DNA of 64,000 nt, from the NCBI GenBank assembly GCA_024650005.2, contig CP122380.1, positions 544,001 through 608,000 of the forward strand. The letters run 5' to 3'. A program made the position numbers and the translations under genes. This document shows positions 39,910-49,786 of the stretch, in pieces. This DNA comes from Candidatus Bathyarchaeum tardum. Its GTDB lineage: Archaea > Thermoproteota > Bathyarchaeia > Bathyarchaeales > Bathyarchaeaceae. The notes beneath the pieces are model-generated. The model made no database searches and was not told the DNA's origin. It saw only the letters and a program-made list of their open reading frames with translations. Numbering within the stretch: position 1 is the first letter of the stretch; every line of letters begins with the position of its first letter.

Positions 39910-40979
39910 TGTACATGAAAAAACAAGTTACAAGTAATTACATGTCAGTGCTTGTTATTCTGTTTATTACTGTTCTTCTAGTTTTTCCTGTTACGTTAGC
40001 ATCTGAAGTAACTGCTCAGGCTCAAACTAAAGTATTTATAGACAATGTGCTTCCAGTGGATTTCTCACAATACAATGTAACCCTCAAAAATCACTCACAA
40101 TATGGAACAAGTGACATGATTAGGTACGCGTTAGAGTCAGATGAAAGCAATCTCCGCCTTTTTTTTGAATTTGAAAATAACGTTCTGCGTTATTGTAATA
40201 TAAACACAGAAAAAGGGCAAGTCATCAGTGATAAACAACACGATAACATGATTGATGCTGTAAAAAGTTTTCTTGAAAAGTATCAAACCTACACCAAAAT
40301 TGACTCAACTAACCTGATAGACATGCTAGATAAAATTGATCTGACACAAAATTCAACAATAACAAACGGAAACACTGAACTCACTGTATGTACATATAAC
40401 AACTTGGGAACTGAATTAACTTTATTCAAATGGGCTTACATTGTAAATGGTGCGGAGTATAATTCATTGCAAGTTGGTTTTCAAACAAAAACCATGGTCT
40501 TTGATGTTTTATTGGACACCCGTGCCCTTTATTCAGTTGGCGACACAACAGTAAATGTTTCCAGTGAACAGGCAATTGACCTTGCAGTAAAGCACAGTGC
40601 AGAATACTCATATGCTATGCCGGATGGTTCGCAAGTTTCGGGTTTTAACATAACAAAAGAGAAAACTACAACAGAACTCCTCACTACTGCATTAAACACT
40701 ACAGAACTTAGGCCTTATTGGATGGTTAGAATGTATTTGAACCAAACCTATCCGGGTAGCGTAATAGGATTAACCGTGTTCATCTGGGCCAACAATGGAG
40801 AAGTCTTTGACTGCAGCAACATAGCAGTAGGTGGAGCATACGACAGCTCAATAACACAAACATCAACACCATCCCCCGCGTCTTCCACAAATGATGCCAT
40901 TCCCATAATAATTACTGCTACAGCAACAATAATTGCAATAACAGCCCTTATAGTGGTCATCAAAAAAAGACGCAAATAA
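39906..40979 (+). CDS. Secreted, C-terminally anchored protein with PepSY-like domain
   Basis: Signal peptide; VSSEQAIDLA...PYWMV...IWANNGEV; S/T/P linker, TM, KKRRK. Confidence 0.6.
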   Translation: MMYMKKQVTSNYMSVLVILFITVLLVFPVTLASEVTAQAQTKVFIDNVLPVDFSQYNVTLKNHSQYGTSDMIRYALESDESNLRLFFEFENNVLRYCNINTEKGQVISDKQHDNMIDAVKSFLEKYQTYTKIDSTNLIDMLDKIDLTQNSTITNGNTELTVCTYNNLGTELTLFKWAYIVNGAEYNSLQVGFQTKTMVFDVLLDTRALYSVGDTTVNVSSEQAIDLAVKHSAEYSYAMPDGSQVSGFNITKEKTTTELLTTALNTTELRPYWMVRMYLNQTYPGSVIGLTVFIWANNGEVFDCSNIAVGGAYDSSITQTSTPSPASSTNDAIPIIITATATIIAITALIVVIKKRRK

Positions 40980-41167
40980 TTTTTTGCAATTCCCATTTTT
41001 TCTTTTTTTTAAAAAAACTTTATTCTTGAATGTGAAGTGGAAAAAGATTTTTGAACATAACCCCTTAGGCATTTATTCAGTTTAATTAAGAACTCTTGAC
41101 TTGCTCAAATTATGATTCGTTTCTGTAGTCCCGGAAGGCGGGGGTTTATCAGTACTTATTTTTGGAA

Positions 41168-41551
41168 CAAAATTTTTTGAATTATTTATTCATAAAATAT
41201 TGCTTCTGAATGTTGTGTTAGTGTCTTTATTGAATAGACAAATGTTGCAAAAATTTTAATTTTTATCACTTATTCATTAAACTTTAGTTGAAAAATTGTT
41301 TAGTACTTTTGTATGTTTTTATTTTTCTATAAATTCTTTTTTACAAAAATTTTATATCAAAGTTTTGGCACAAGAAGTTTGGGGGAAAAGACTGTGTTGC
41401 CCTGGGTAGTATTGTTTGCACTTCGGAATCAAAGTTTTCCTGCAAAATTAATTGATGTTTCTTGTCAGACGGTGTTAACTGATTTTTCCTCCTTGAAGCG
41501 AAACAAATGTTTCGGGGGTGTGTCACCGCCCTAAGCCCCAAGTGAAGGGCA
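41168..41551 (+). repeat. Duplicated promoter and leader, copy 2
   Basis: See copy 1; TTTATAT at 41351. Confidence 0.92.
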
Positions 41552-41579
41552 GATAAGAACAATGAAAAGGGGGTGAAAA

Positions 41580-42893
41580 GTGAAAATGAAATTTCAAATA
41601 CTTTCGTCTAAACGCAAAGTGGTTACAGGCTCATTTCTTGTTTCCTTACTTTTAGTAACATTTACCTTGATGCCTATAGTTTTTGCTGAACCTAATACAC
41701 AGGATATAACAGTAGACACGGCATACAGCATGATAGAGGGTGGGGCTTTCCCTGACCTTGCTATTTTAGATGTCCGAAACCAAAGCGAATATGACGTCAA
41801 CCACTTGTACGGCACTACTTTGATTCCACTTCATGAGCTTGAGACGAGAATTGGTGAACTTGCAGAGCAAATGAATAATGAAATATTAGTTTACTGTGGA
41901 TCAGGCGGAAGAAGTGAAATAGCATCAGGAATCCTTGACAATAATGGATTCACAAACGTCTTTAACATACTTGGTGGCATCACAGAATGGATAGACTCTG
42001 AATATCCAATATACACAACTTATCACAACGTTACGGTAGACACAATTGGTAGACACCGAATCCGTGTAGACATAGAACCTTGGATGTATGAGATTTGTGA
42101 GTCTTGCGGAAGTCAAGAATGGTCTGATGCCAGTGAACTAATTGATGTTCAAAGGACAACGCTGGAACAAGGAGAAGAGCATACCGTTACTTTAGTGACT
42201 TATGAAGTGAATGGTAAGATAATCGAATTCATCAAAACTGAAACAATACTCTGGGCTTATGAGAAAAATACCGGAAAGAGCAACACCACAGCTCAGTTCA
42301 ATACGACAGAAGTAATTATGAATAATGCAACAATGCAATACTACAGTCTTAACTACTTAGTTCAGCATAAGAACTATAATGTAACTTTATACACGAGCCT
42401 TACACCGTTAGATTCAGAAACATATAACAACTCCTTCACAGTGGTGAACTATGCACCAGTTGCACAACCTGATGTTTTCTCATTAGAGCTAGTAAATTTC
42501 AACTCACCATGTACATTATCGCAACTTTATAATTCATTAGGTGCGGTTGCAAAAGAAGTGGGTAACGTCTATCATGAGAGTCCCGATGAAACATTGCAGC
42601 AACTCAAAAACAGATATTACAAAATGGGTCAAGAAATTAAACACTTATCCCAAATTGTGAATAGAGAACTATCTGACTATAACAAGAACATACTCAACAA
42701 TGTGGTATTCTTAGTAGATGACTTCTGGAGTTGCCTAGCATGTACTGCCAGTTGGACAGCACTTTGCTATCTAGGATGTGTAGGGTTATGCGCCGCTTTT
42801 TGGGCTTTCTGTCCATATGTTGGTGCTTGTGCGGAATTGGGTTGTAATGCAGCTGTTTACATTTTGTGCGAAGAAACAGGATGGTGTCCTTGA
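41580..42893 (+). CDS. Signal peptide + rhodanese + pro-region + C-terminal 10-Cys hydrophobic peptide (halocin C8-like precursor)
   Basis: ILDVRNQSEY, ILVYCGSGGRS, GGITEW rhodanese motifs; C-terminus FWSCLACTASWTALCYLGCVGLCAAFWAFCPYVGACAELGCNAAVYILCEETGWCP. Confidence 0.7.
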   Translation: MKMKFQILSSKRKVVTGSFLVSLLLVTFTLMPIVFAEPNTQDITVDTAYSMIEGGAFPDLAILDVRNQSEYDVNHLYGTTLIPLHELETRIGELAEQMNNEILVYCGSGGRSEIASGILDNNGFTNVFNILGGITEWIDSEYPIYTTYHNVTVDTIGRHRIRVDIEPWMYEICESCGSQEWSDASELIDVQRTTLEQGEEHTVTLVTYEVNGKIIEFIKTETILWAYEKNTGKSNTTAQFNTTEVIMNNATMQYYSLNYLVQHKNYNVTLYTSLTPLDSETYNNSFTVVNYAPVAQPDVFSLELVNFNSPCTLSQLYNSLGAVAKEVGNVYHESPDETLQQLKNRYYKMGQEIKHLSQIVNRELSDYNKNILNNVVFLVDDFWSCLACTASWTALCYLGCVGLCAAFWAFCPYVGACAELGCNAAVYILCEETGWCP

Positions 42894-42932
42894 GACTATT
42901 TAAATTCCAAAAAAAGGTAATGACATGGGGAA

Positions 42933-43361
42933 GTGAAACAGTTGAACGATTATACAAAACCTGGCTGGTGGAAGAGAAGCTGTAGGAGCTACTTGTTTCT
43001 CTTCGTTCTAATACCATTTGTAGTAATGTTGGTTATTTTTGGTGTGCTGGTATATCTAGGAGTGACTGAAATCACAAAACTGTTAATATACGCAGCAATT
43101 GCCAGTATTGCCATAGCAGCAGCCTATTACATTCGCACAATTCCTTCATCATCTCTGTGGAGAAAAATCTGGATATTCATAGGCGTGGGCGTTATCGGTT
43201 TTCCCCTTGCAGTGGCAATTAGTTTTCTCTCCAGCAGCATTCTTAGCCCAATCACCGGCGATTTGCCCGCATTCATCATGACCACCATATTAGCCATAAT
43301 TCTAGGGGGATATCTGGGAGACAAAATAGGCAAAATGAGAGACTACAGACCCTTTGGTTAA
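42933..43361 (+). CDS. Four-TM membrane protein, candidate immunity protein
   Basis: Four hydrophobic helices; 39 bp downstream of the precursor gene. Confidence 0.55.
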   Translation: MKQLNDYTKPGWWKRSCRSYLFLFVLIPFVVMLVIFGVLVYLGVTEITKLLIYAAIASIAIAAAYYIRTIPSSSLWRKIWIFIGVGVIGFPLAVAISFLSSSILSPITGDLPAFIMTTILAIILGGYLGDKIGKMRDYRPFG

Positions 43362-43441
43362 TCAAATGGTCTAAATTGCACTGTGCAAGACATGTTCGAA
43401 CTAATTGTGTAACTCTCACTTTTCTTTTTTTTTTTAAAAAA

Positions 43442-44080
43442 TTATTCTCTATCAGCTACGTATCGTCCGCGTTTTTCGATTTCTTTGATTTTTTTGATAA
43501 TTTGTTTTGTTTCTTCGTGTCCTACTGATTGGGCATATCCGTCCATTACTGCTTTGAAAGATTCTTTCGCATGCTTGTAGTGGCTACTTTGCAGGGTTCG
43601 CTTCATGAGATGAAGATCTACGCCTTTGGGTTCCAGCTCTGTTGAACGTTCACTTAATCCAAAATCGATGAAAACTACCTTTCCATAGGGAGTTAATATC
43701 ATGTTTGAGGTTGTGAGATCCCCGTGAATTATTCCATTTTTGTGAAGTCGACCAATCATTTTCCCGATAACTTTGCACAAGTTGAACCTTTCTTGTTTGG
43801 AGATGTTGTTTAATACTTCTTTGATTTGTTGTCCTTCTACAAACTCCATAACTATGTTTGCTTCTGCAATGTCGACCATAAAAATTGTTGGTGTAGGAAC
43901 TCCTGCTTCTTTGGCTTTGTGCATTATGTGGGGTTCATGTACAGTCCTTTGGGACCGAATCATTTTGTCTAATTCTGGAATCCGATACTGTTTTGGATGA
44001 CGCTTTTTCATGATAACCTGACGATTGTGCCAAGTTTCCTTGTATAAACTGGCTTCAGCGCCTTTTTTAATCAGCAGCAT
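43442..44080 (-). CDS. bud32: KEOPS kinase Bud32
   Basis: KKGAEA, HGDLTTSN, IDFGL, RGRY. Confidence 0.95.
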   Translation of the reverse strand: MLLIKKGAEASLYKETWHNRQVIMKKRHPKQYRIPELDKMIRSQRTVHEPHIMHKAKEAGVPTPTIFMVDIAEANIVMEFVEGQQIKEVLNNISKQERFNLCKVIGKMIGRLHKNGIIHGDLTTSNMILTPYGKVVFIDFGLSERSTELEPKGVDLHLMKRTLQSSHYKHAKESFKAVMDGYAQSVGHEETKQIIKKIKEIEKRGRYVADRE

Positions 44081-45125
44081 TTTTTTCCTCCACCCAAGGG
44101 GCAACAACTTCTTCTAGACGCCATTTTACGTTAACTAAACTTTTTTCCACAGGAGTAGAAATGCCACTACTGTATGCAAGAACACCCGCCCATGCAATCA
44201 TTGCTCCATTATCGGCAGCAAGTTTGATGGGGACCACACAAAACCGTGCACCATGCTCTTCTGCAACTACTTTTAGCATCTCTTGCAATCGCTTGTTAGC
44301 TGCTACTCCTCCAGTTAACAATACTTCAGGTTTTTCTGTATGCGCTAGTGCCCGTTCAGTTACTTCGGTTAACATGCCAAAAGCGACTTCTTGCAGGCTA
44401 AAACAAATGTCTTCTATAGAATACTTGTTTGTCTGAAACGCCTGAACAGCAGCAGTGTGAAGTCCACTAAACGAAAGGTCCATTCCCTTTACAGTGTAAG
44501 GAAGGGGAACAAAGTTTTTGCCGTTCTTTGCTAGTTTTTCAACTACTGCCCCAAAGGGTGCTCCGTGCCCTTGTTTGAGTCCAGCTGCCCTGGCAAAAAC
44601 GTCCAAACAGTTTCCGATTGCAATGTCTAGGGTTTCTCCAAAAATTCTGTATCGTTTTGCTTCAAAGGCCGAAACTATGGTGTTTCCTCCTGAAGCATAC
44701 AGGGTAACTGGGTCTGTTGCTCCTGTTGCCAGTTTGCCAATTTCAATGTGGCCTACACAATGGTTAACTCCAACCAAAGGAACATCAAGATATGACGCCA
44801 AAGCCCGCGCTGCAGTTGCGCCCGTTCGTAGACAAGGGCCTAATCCTGGTCCTTGGGCAAAGGCTACTAAACTAATTTCGTTAGGTTTTACTTGTGCTGT
44901 TTCAAAGGCTTGTTTAAGAACCATTTCGGAAACTTCAGCATGATGTCTAGCTGCTTCTCGAGGATGGATTCCTCCTTCTTCGGGCATGTATGCGTTGTTT
45001 GCGTTTGAGAGAACCTTGCCGTCAAAAGTTACTATTGCTGCACCGAAATCGTCTGCTGTGGATTCGATGCCCAAACAGTAAGAGTCTGTTGAAGCTTTTT
45101 GTGGCAAGAATTGTGTTCCTCCCAA
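44067..45125 (-). CDS. kae1: tRNA N6-threonylcarbamoyltransferase Kae1
   Basis: LGIEST, GPGLGPCL, VNHCVGHIE, GGVAAN, DNGAMIA. Confidence 0.97.
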   Translation of the reverse strand: MGGTQFLPQKASTDSYCLGIESTADDFGAAIVTFDGKVLSNANNAYMPEEGGIHPREAARHHAEVSEMVLKQAFETAQVKPNEISLVAFAQGPGLGPCLRTGATAARALASYLDVPLVGVNHCVGHIEIGKLATGATDPVTLYASGGNTIVSAFEAKRYRIFGETLDIAIGNCLDVFARAAGLKQGHGAPFGAVVEKLAKNGKNFVPLPYTVKGMDLSFSGLHTAAVQAFQTNKYSIEDICFSLQEVAFGMLTEVTERALAHTEKPEVLLTGGVAANKRLQEMLKVVAEEHGARFCVVPIKLAADNGAMIAWAGVLAYSSGISTPVEKSLVNVKWRLEEVVAPWVEEKNAAD

Positions 45126-45317
45126 GTCTGTGTTAATATTTTGTAGTTTACCAAGAAAGCATATTTTGCTTGGGAATGTTAAAACGTTTCGTAATTTTGT
45201 TAGAAAGTTTGATTACATATTTTTTACTACTACTTGTCTAATTGAGGCAAAAAGCCTACACATTTTTATGGGTTGATGTGCCCTTATATTTACGAACGTT
45301 CAAAGGATCGAATTTAC

Positions 45318-45695
45318 ATGCCCAGACGCAACGAACTTGAATATAAAGCCTTAGAGGTCATTTCCAACAGTGGAACTGATGGTGTACTTCAATCTGAACT
45401 ATGGCGAGAACTTGATGCAACCAGCAGGGAAGGCAGCAGAATCGCCCTGAAACTTGAAACAAAAGGTTTGATCCTTCGAGACAAAGAACTCCATGAAGGA
45501 CGATGGACTTATCGTCTTTTCACTAAACGTAAACCTGCATCTCTTAATACAATAATTGATTCTCCGTGTTTGATGTGCCCAAACGATGCCCGATGTGGTG
45601 CTTGGGGTCCAATTTCTCCCCACGAATGCAAGATGCTCACTGCGTGGATTTTGGGTGTGGAACTGCCTGAACTGGAAACTTCTGGTGAAATCTAG
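45318..45695 (+). CDS. TFE-beta / RPC34-like protein (winged helix plus Fe-S Cys motif)
   Basis: GVLQSELWREL...GSRIALKLE wHTH; PCLMC...C...ISPHECKMLTAW. Confidence 0.8.
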   Translation: MPRRNELEYKALEVISNSGTDGVLQSELWRELDATSREGSRIALKLETKGLILRDKELHEGRWTYRLFTKRKPASLNTIIDSPCLMCPNDARCGAWGPISPHECKMLTAWILGVELPELETSGEI

Positions 45696-45697
45696 GC

Positions 45698-46309
45698 TTG
45701 CCAGGAAGTGCATGGGTAAACGAACGAAAAAACGAATTCTATTACCGTAAAGCAAAAGCAGAAAACCTGCGTTCACGAGCCTATTTTAAACTTATTCAAG
45801 CAGTACAACGCTACAATTTCATAAAACCCGGACACGTAGTAGTCGATTTAGGTGCGGCCCCTGGGGGTTGGACCCAAGCAGCTCTGCGGTTAGTTGAAGA
45901 TTCAGGTTTTGTTTTAGCAGTTGACCTGAAAAAAATTGCCCCTTTTGATGCACCAAACGCCTTAGCAATTGTTGGCGACGTTACCCAACAAGAAATTATG
46001 CAAAAAATTTTGCAGTTGCTGCCCCATGCCCCTGATGTAGTTGTTTCAGATGTTGCACCCAACGTTTCAGGAACCTGGGAACTTGACCACGCTCGACAAA
46101 TTGATCTAGCAACTCAATCCCTAAACATTGCGGTTTCACTTCTTCGACCTGGCGGAAACTTTTTTGTTAAAGTCTTTCAAGGCAGCACAACAAACAATTT
46201 CATTAAAGACATAAAACGCCATTTCAGCTTCGTAAAACTAATAAAACCAAAAGCCAGCCGAAGCAAAAGTGCTGAACTATACGTCCTTGGAATGAAATTT
46301 AGAAAATAA
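45698..46309 (+). CDS. rlmE: 23S rRNA Um2552 2'-O-methyltransferase RlmE/FtsJ
   Basis: RSRAYFKL, DLGAAPGGW, SDVAPN, KPKASR...ELY. Confidence 0.95.
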   Translation: MPGSAWVNERKNEFYYRKAKAENLRSRAYFKLIQAVQRYNFIKPGHVVVDLGAAPGGWTQAALRLVEDSGFVLAVDLKKIAPFDAPNALAIVGDVTQQEIMQKILQLLPHAPDVVVSDVAPNVSGTWELDHARQIDLATQSLNIAVSLLRPGGNFFVKVFQGSTTNNFIKDIKRHFSFVKLIKPKASRSKSAELYVLGMKFRK

Positions 46310-46316
46310 CCGAATT

Positions 46317-47492
46317 TTATTTCTTTGCTGTTTCTGTGATTATTTTTGTGGCGATTTCTAAACCGTTCCAGTCTTTGATTTTTGTTTGGAGTTGTTGTGA
46401 GTTTTCTTGATACTTGTTTGTTAACAGTTTTTGAACTGCACACAGCAAGGTCTGTTTGTTGAGGTCTTCTTGTGTTATCATTTCTGTGACGCCAAGTTCT
46501 ATTGTTTTTTCTGCGTTGTTAAATTGTTCAGTGTGGCTGGGTGTAGGAATAAGAATTGTTGGTTTTCCGTAACAAATTGACTGAGATAGGGTTCCGTGTC
46601 CACCTCTGGAAATGACGATGTCGCAGGCTTTGAGGTATTCAAAACGATTTGGAATCCATCCATAGACTATCAAGTTTCCGTTAACTGATGTTTCTGCTTT
46701 CACGTTTGGGTAGCCAAGGGACATAACTATATGGTAATCGTGGGGAAACTGGGTAAATATTTGTCGAAGCAAACCAGTAAAATATGCACGTTCTTTTGGT
46801 GGTCCACTGATGGGGGCAAAAATGATTGGTTTATCCTCAGGTAACCCAAGCTTTTTTCGAAGCTGCATTTTTTCTGGCAAATCTTCTGGGCTTACCGGAA
46901 GAATCGGACCAATGAACTTTATTTTTTTATGGTATGCCTTTGGAATGTGCAGATTTTTGTTTGAAATCGTATAAGGGGGAGGAAAATCTGGAACCATTAT
47001 ATGGTTTACTTCTGCCCATACTTTTCCTACCAAAGTTAACGTGGTGGCGTCTGCTATTCGTGCAAGTTTAAGGAATCTGTTTCGTCGCGGAATAAACACT
47101 TGAAACTGGTTTAAAATGCAAACTCGGGGAACATCCAAAAATTTTGCAGCAACTAAAGAAGATGCCCTAGAGTCTGAAACTACAATGTCGGGGTCGAAAG
47201 CTTGTATGTAATCGATTTCTGCGTCTATTTGTTTTGCGATCTTGTAAACTGTCAAAAACGGTCCGGGGTCAACTGTTGTTAACCTAAAATCGATACTTCC
47301 ATCAGGTTTAACTTGAACTCCAATATCGGGAGCCTCTATGACTTTGAATCCTTCTTTTTGAACGTATTTGAAGCCTTCATTATACGTTGAAAACAGCAGT
47401 TCAGCTCCTTGCTGTTGCAATTTCCTTGCTATGGGAATACAACGACCAACATGACCCAAACCCGCCCCAGATGGCGTAAAAAAAACACGCAT
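46317..47492 (-). CDS. GT28/MurG-like glycosyltransferase
   Basis: GAGLGHVGR, ISRGGHGT, HTEQFNNA. Confidence 0.88.
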   Translation of the reverse strand: MRVFFTPSGAGLGHVGRCIPIARKLQQQGAELLFSTYNEGFKYVQKEGFKVIEAPDIGVQVKPDGSIDFRLTTVDPGPFLTVYKIAKQIDAEIDYIQAFDPDIVVSDSRASSLVAAKFLDVPRVCILNQFQVFIPRRNRFLKLARIADATTLTLVGKVWAEVNHIMVPDFPPPYTISNKNLHIPKAYHKKIKFIGPILPVSPEDLPEKMQLRKKLGLPEDKPIIFAPISGPPKERAYFTGLLRQIFTQFPHDYHIVMSLGYPNVKAETSVNGNLIVYGWIPNRFEYLKACDIVISRGGHGTLSQSICYGKPTILIPTPSHTEQFNNAEKTIELGVTEMITQEDLNKQTLLCAVQKLLTNKYQENSQQLQTKIKDWNGLEIATKIITETAKK

Positions 47493-47506
47493 GACTTTAG
47501 TTTCCT

Positions 47507-48124
47507 TCAGATTTCTTTTTGTTCCACATCGCCTTTGGGTGCACGTTCCTCAAAAATAATTGCTTCAAAACGATAAATTTTGGTGCCTTTTAACAACCAA
47601 GAATCAGGGGGCACCCCTGCTTTCATGGCAGTTTGGCACAAAAACTCTTCAACTTCCCAGTTCCACTCAACCGGAACCTGCGGCAACAATAAACCCTTAT
47701 GGTAACCCTGCTCAAGTATCAATCCGTCTCGTCCTACCTTGATTTTCGACGGATAATCAGTTGGTTTTTCAACTTTAACAAGCTCAGGGGGAGTTAATAC
47801 GCTGACTTCAAAAACTATATTGTCGAGTTCTTGAACATCAACTGGAGGAAAACGTGGGTCCTGTGTTGCTGCACTAACCGCTGCTTCGATTACTGCCTTA
47901 ACAAGGGGTGATGTCGGATACGGCAAACCAATGCAGCCTCTCAAACATTTTGTTTTCTTGGCGATACTATTCAAGGTAACAAAAACGCCACAGGGCTCCA
48001 TTAGTTTGGTTGAAACATTTGCAGGAACTTGTAGGATTCTTCCTGTTTCAAGGTAAGTTGTAACTGTTTGCCTTGCAAGGTTCACTAGAAACTTTCCTTC
48101 TTCTAGTGTCAACTGAAATTTCAC
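47507..48124 (-). CDS. AMMECR1 family protein
   Basis: GVFVTL, LRGCIG, DPRF, GLLLPQV. Confidence 0.93.
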   Translation of the reverse strand: MKFQLTLEEGKFLVNLARQTVTTYLETGRILQVPANVSTKLMEPCGVFVTLNSIAKKTKCLRGCIGLPYPTSPLVKAVIEAAVSAATQDPRFPPVDVQELDNIVFEVSVLTPPELVKVEKPTDYPSKIKVGRDGLILEQGYHKGLLLPQVPVEWNWEVEEFLCQTAMKAGVPPDSWLLKGTKIYRFEAIIFEERAPKGDVEQKEI

Positions 48125-48233
48125 GTTATGTTGCCTCTGACTACTTGCAAAATCAACCCTACATAAGTATAAGGTTTTTGAACAAAAAGGGTTTGAAAAA
48201 AGGAAAAATCGGATTGATCTAGTATGTTGTCAC

Positions 48234-48863
48234 TCAAAAGTTGACGGTTTCTTCTTGAACCCCATCTTTTGTAATAACCATCAAATCCACGCCGTCACCG
48301 CTCATGGAATCTCTGCGAACTGCAGATTTTATTGATTTCAGAGTTAATTCTTTTGCTTCTTCTAAGGACATTTTTGTTCTGTAGCCTTGTTCCAGAACAC
48401 CCGTTGCCATGGTGGCTCCAGTTCCTACTGCTGCATAATCGTCGGGCAAAAGGGAACCCAAAACATCAAGCACATATATTGCAGCTCCATCGCCATCCAT
48501 TCCCCCCACAATTGTTTGGATATATAACGGGTACATTCGTCTGTTGAACAAAACGTTTGCTGTGACTTTGGATGCTGCTTTTACGCTCATGGGGCGTTTT
48601 GTGTCTAACGTGAAGAGTGTTGCCTGGGCGGAGATTTCTCTTGCCAAAATTTGCATGTCCGAGACCAACCCTGCACATGCTACACCGACTTTTTCAGCGA
48701 TTTTAAAAACCTTCTTTCCAGTTTTGCTCATTACCATGGAGCCATAAGTAACTCGTTTTTCGGAAGCTAAAATTACTCCACCATCAAAAACTAGACCTAC
48801 TGTGGTAGCTCCGGGCATGTAATATCGTCCTTGGGCTTGGTCACTCAAACTTTCTTCCTCCAA
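48234..48863 (-). CDS. psmB: Proteasome beta subunit (Thr1 apparently replaced by Ala)
   Basis: PGATTVG, AGLVSD, RRDSMSGDG. Confidence 0.92.
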   Translation of the reverse strand: MEEESLSDQAQGRYYMPGATTVGLVFDGGVILASEKRVTYGSMVMSKTGKKVFKIAEKVGVACAGLVSDMQILAREISAQATLFTLDTKRPMSVKAASKVTANVLFNRRMYPLYIQTIVGGMDGDGAAIYVLDVLGSLLPDDYAAVGTGATMATGVLEQGYRTKMSLEEAKELTLKSIKSAVRRDSMSGDGVDLMVITKDGVQEETVNF

Positions 48864-48955
48864 GATTCAATGGAGTATTGACCTAAAAGAAGCTATTAAA
48901 CTTAATTGATTTTCCATTAAAACACTTTAGAGTTAAATTGTTACCCCTTGCCCTT

Positions 48956-49780
48956 CTAATTGTCCAAAGTTCCAAGCATACTTCCTGTGCGGTAACCCTC
49001 AAGGTCAACTGTAACAAACTTGAATCCTATTGCTTTCAATTCTTTAACGATTTTATCCAACACTTCATTTTTACTGAAAAGGTTGATTTCATTTTTTGGA
49101 ACTTCAATTCGGGCAAAGCTGTTATGGTCTCGAACTCGTAGCTGTGTTACGCCCGTGAGGTTTCGAATTATCTGCTCTGCTTGGGCGATTCTATCTAGTT
49201 TTTCAGCAGTAATTTGTTCATTAAAAGGTATTCTAGACGCCAAACACGCATTAGATGGCTTATTAAAAACAGATAACCCCAAACCTTTAGCTACTAACCG
49301 AATTTCTTGACGGGTGAACTTGTTGGCTGCCCATGGGCTGTAAACGTTTTTTGATTCTTGAACTGCCACAAAACCTGGTCTGTGTCCAGTTAACTCACTG
49401 AAGTTAGTTCCCTCAAAGATGGCTTTAAATCCTAGTTTTTTTGCAATTTCTTGCATTTGTTTTAGTAACTCTTTTTTACAAAAATAACAACGGTTTTCGG
49501 GATTCTTTCTAAAATTTTCATTTGACAACTCATACGTTTTCACTATGTGTTGTTTTATTCCGATTTGTTTTGCAGCATTTTCTGAATCTTCCAATTCTTT
49601 AGTTGTGTAAGTTGGGGATATTGCAGTTACAGCAACTGCTTTTGGTCCCAGAACCTCGTAACATAATGCCGCAAGGGTTGTGCTATCCACTCCGCCAGAA
49701 AAAGCTATTACTACACCGTTTTTTCCTTTGTTTGCAATAAAATGTTTAATTTCGTCAACTTTTTTGGTCAGATTTTCCAC
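48956..49780 (-). CDS. larE: ATP-dependent sulfur transferase LarE
   Basis: AFSGGVDS, RCYFCKK, ACLASRIP, RVRDH. Confidence 0.93.
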   Translation of the reverse strand: MENLTKKVDEIKHFIANKGKNGVVIAFSGGVDSTTLAALCYEVLGPKAVAVTAISPTYTTKELEDSENAAKQIGIKQHIVKTYELSNENFRKNPENRCYFCKKELLKQMQEIAKKLGFKAIFEGTNFSELTGHRPGFVAVQESKNVYSPWAANKFTRQEIRLVAKGLGLSVFNKPSNACLASRIPFNEQITAEKLDRIAQAEQIIRNLTGVTQLRVRDHNSFARIEVPKNEINLFSKNEVLDKIVKELKAIGFKFVTVDLEGYRTGSMLGTLDN

Positions 49781-49786
49781 TGGAAA

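Noticed and set aside
44545-44582. BHB-like fold inside kae1 (CTCA AA|C AAGGG...CCCTT TGGG GC|A)
   Set aside because: Excision of 26 nt would frameshift into a stop; the unspliced ORF is intact and the outer helix is absent.
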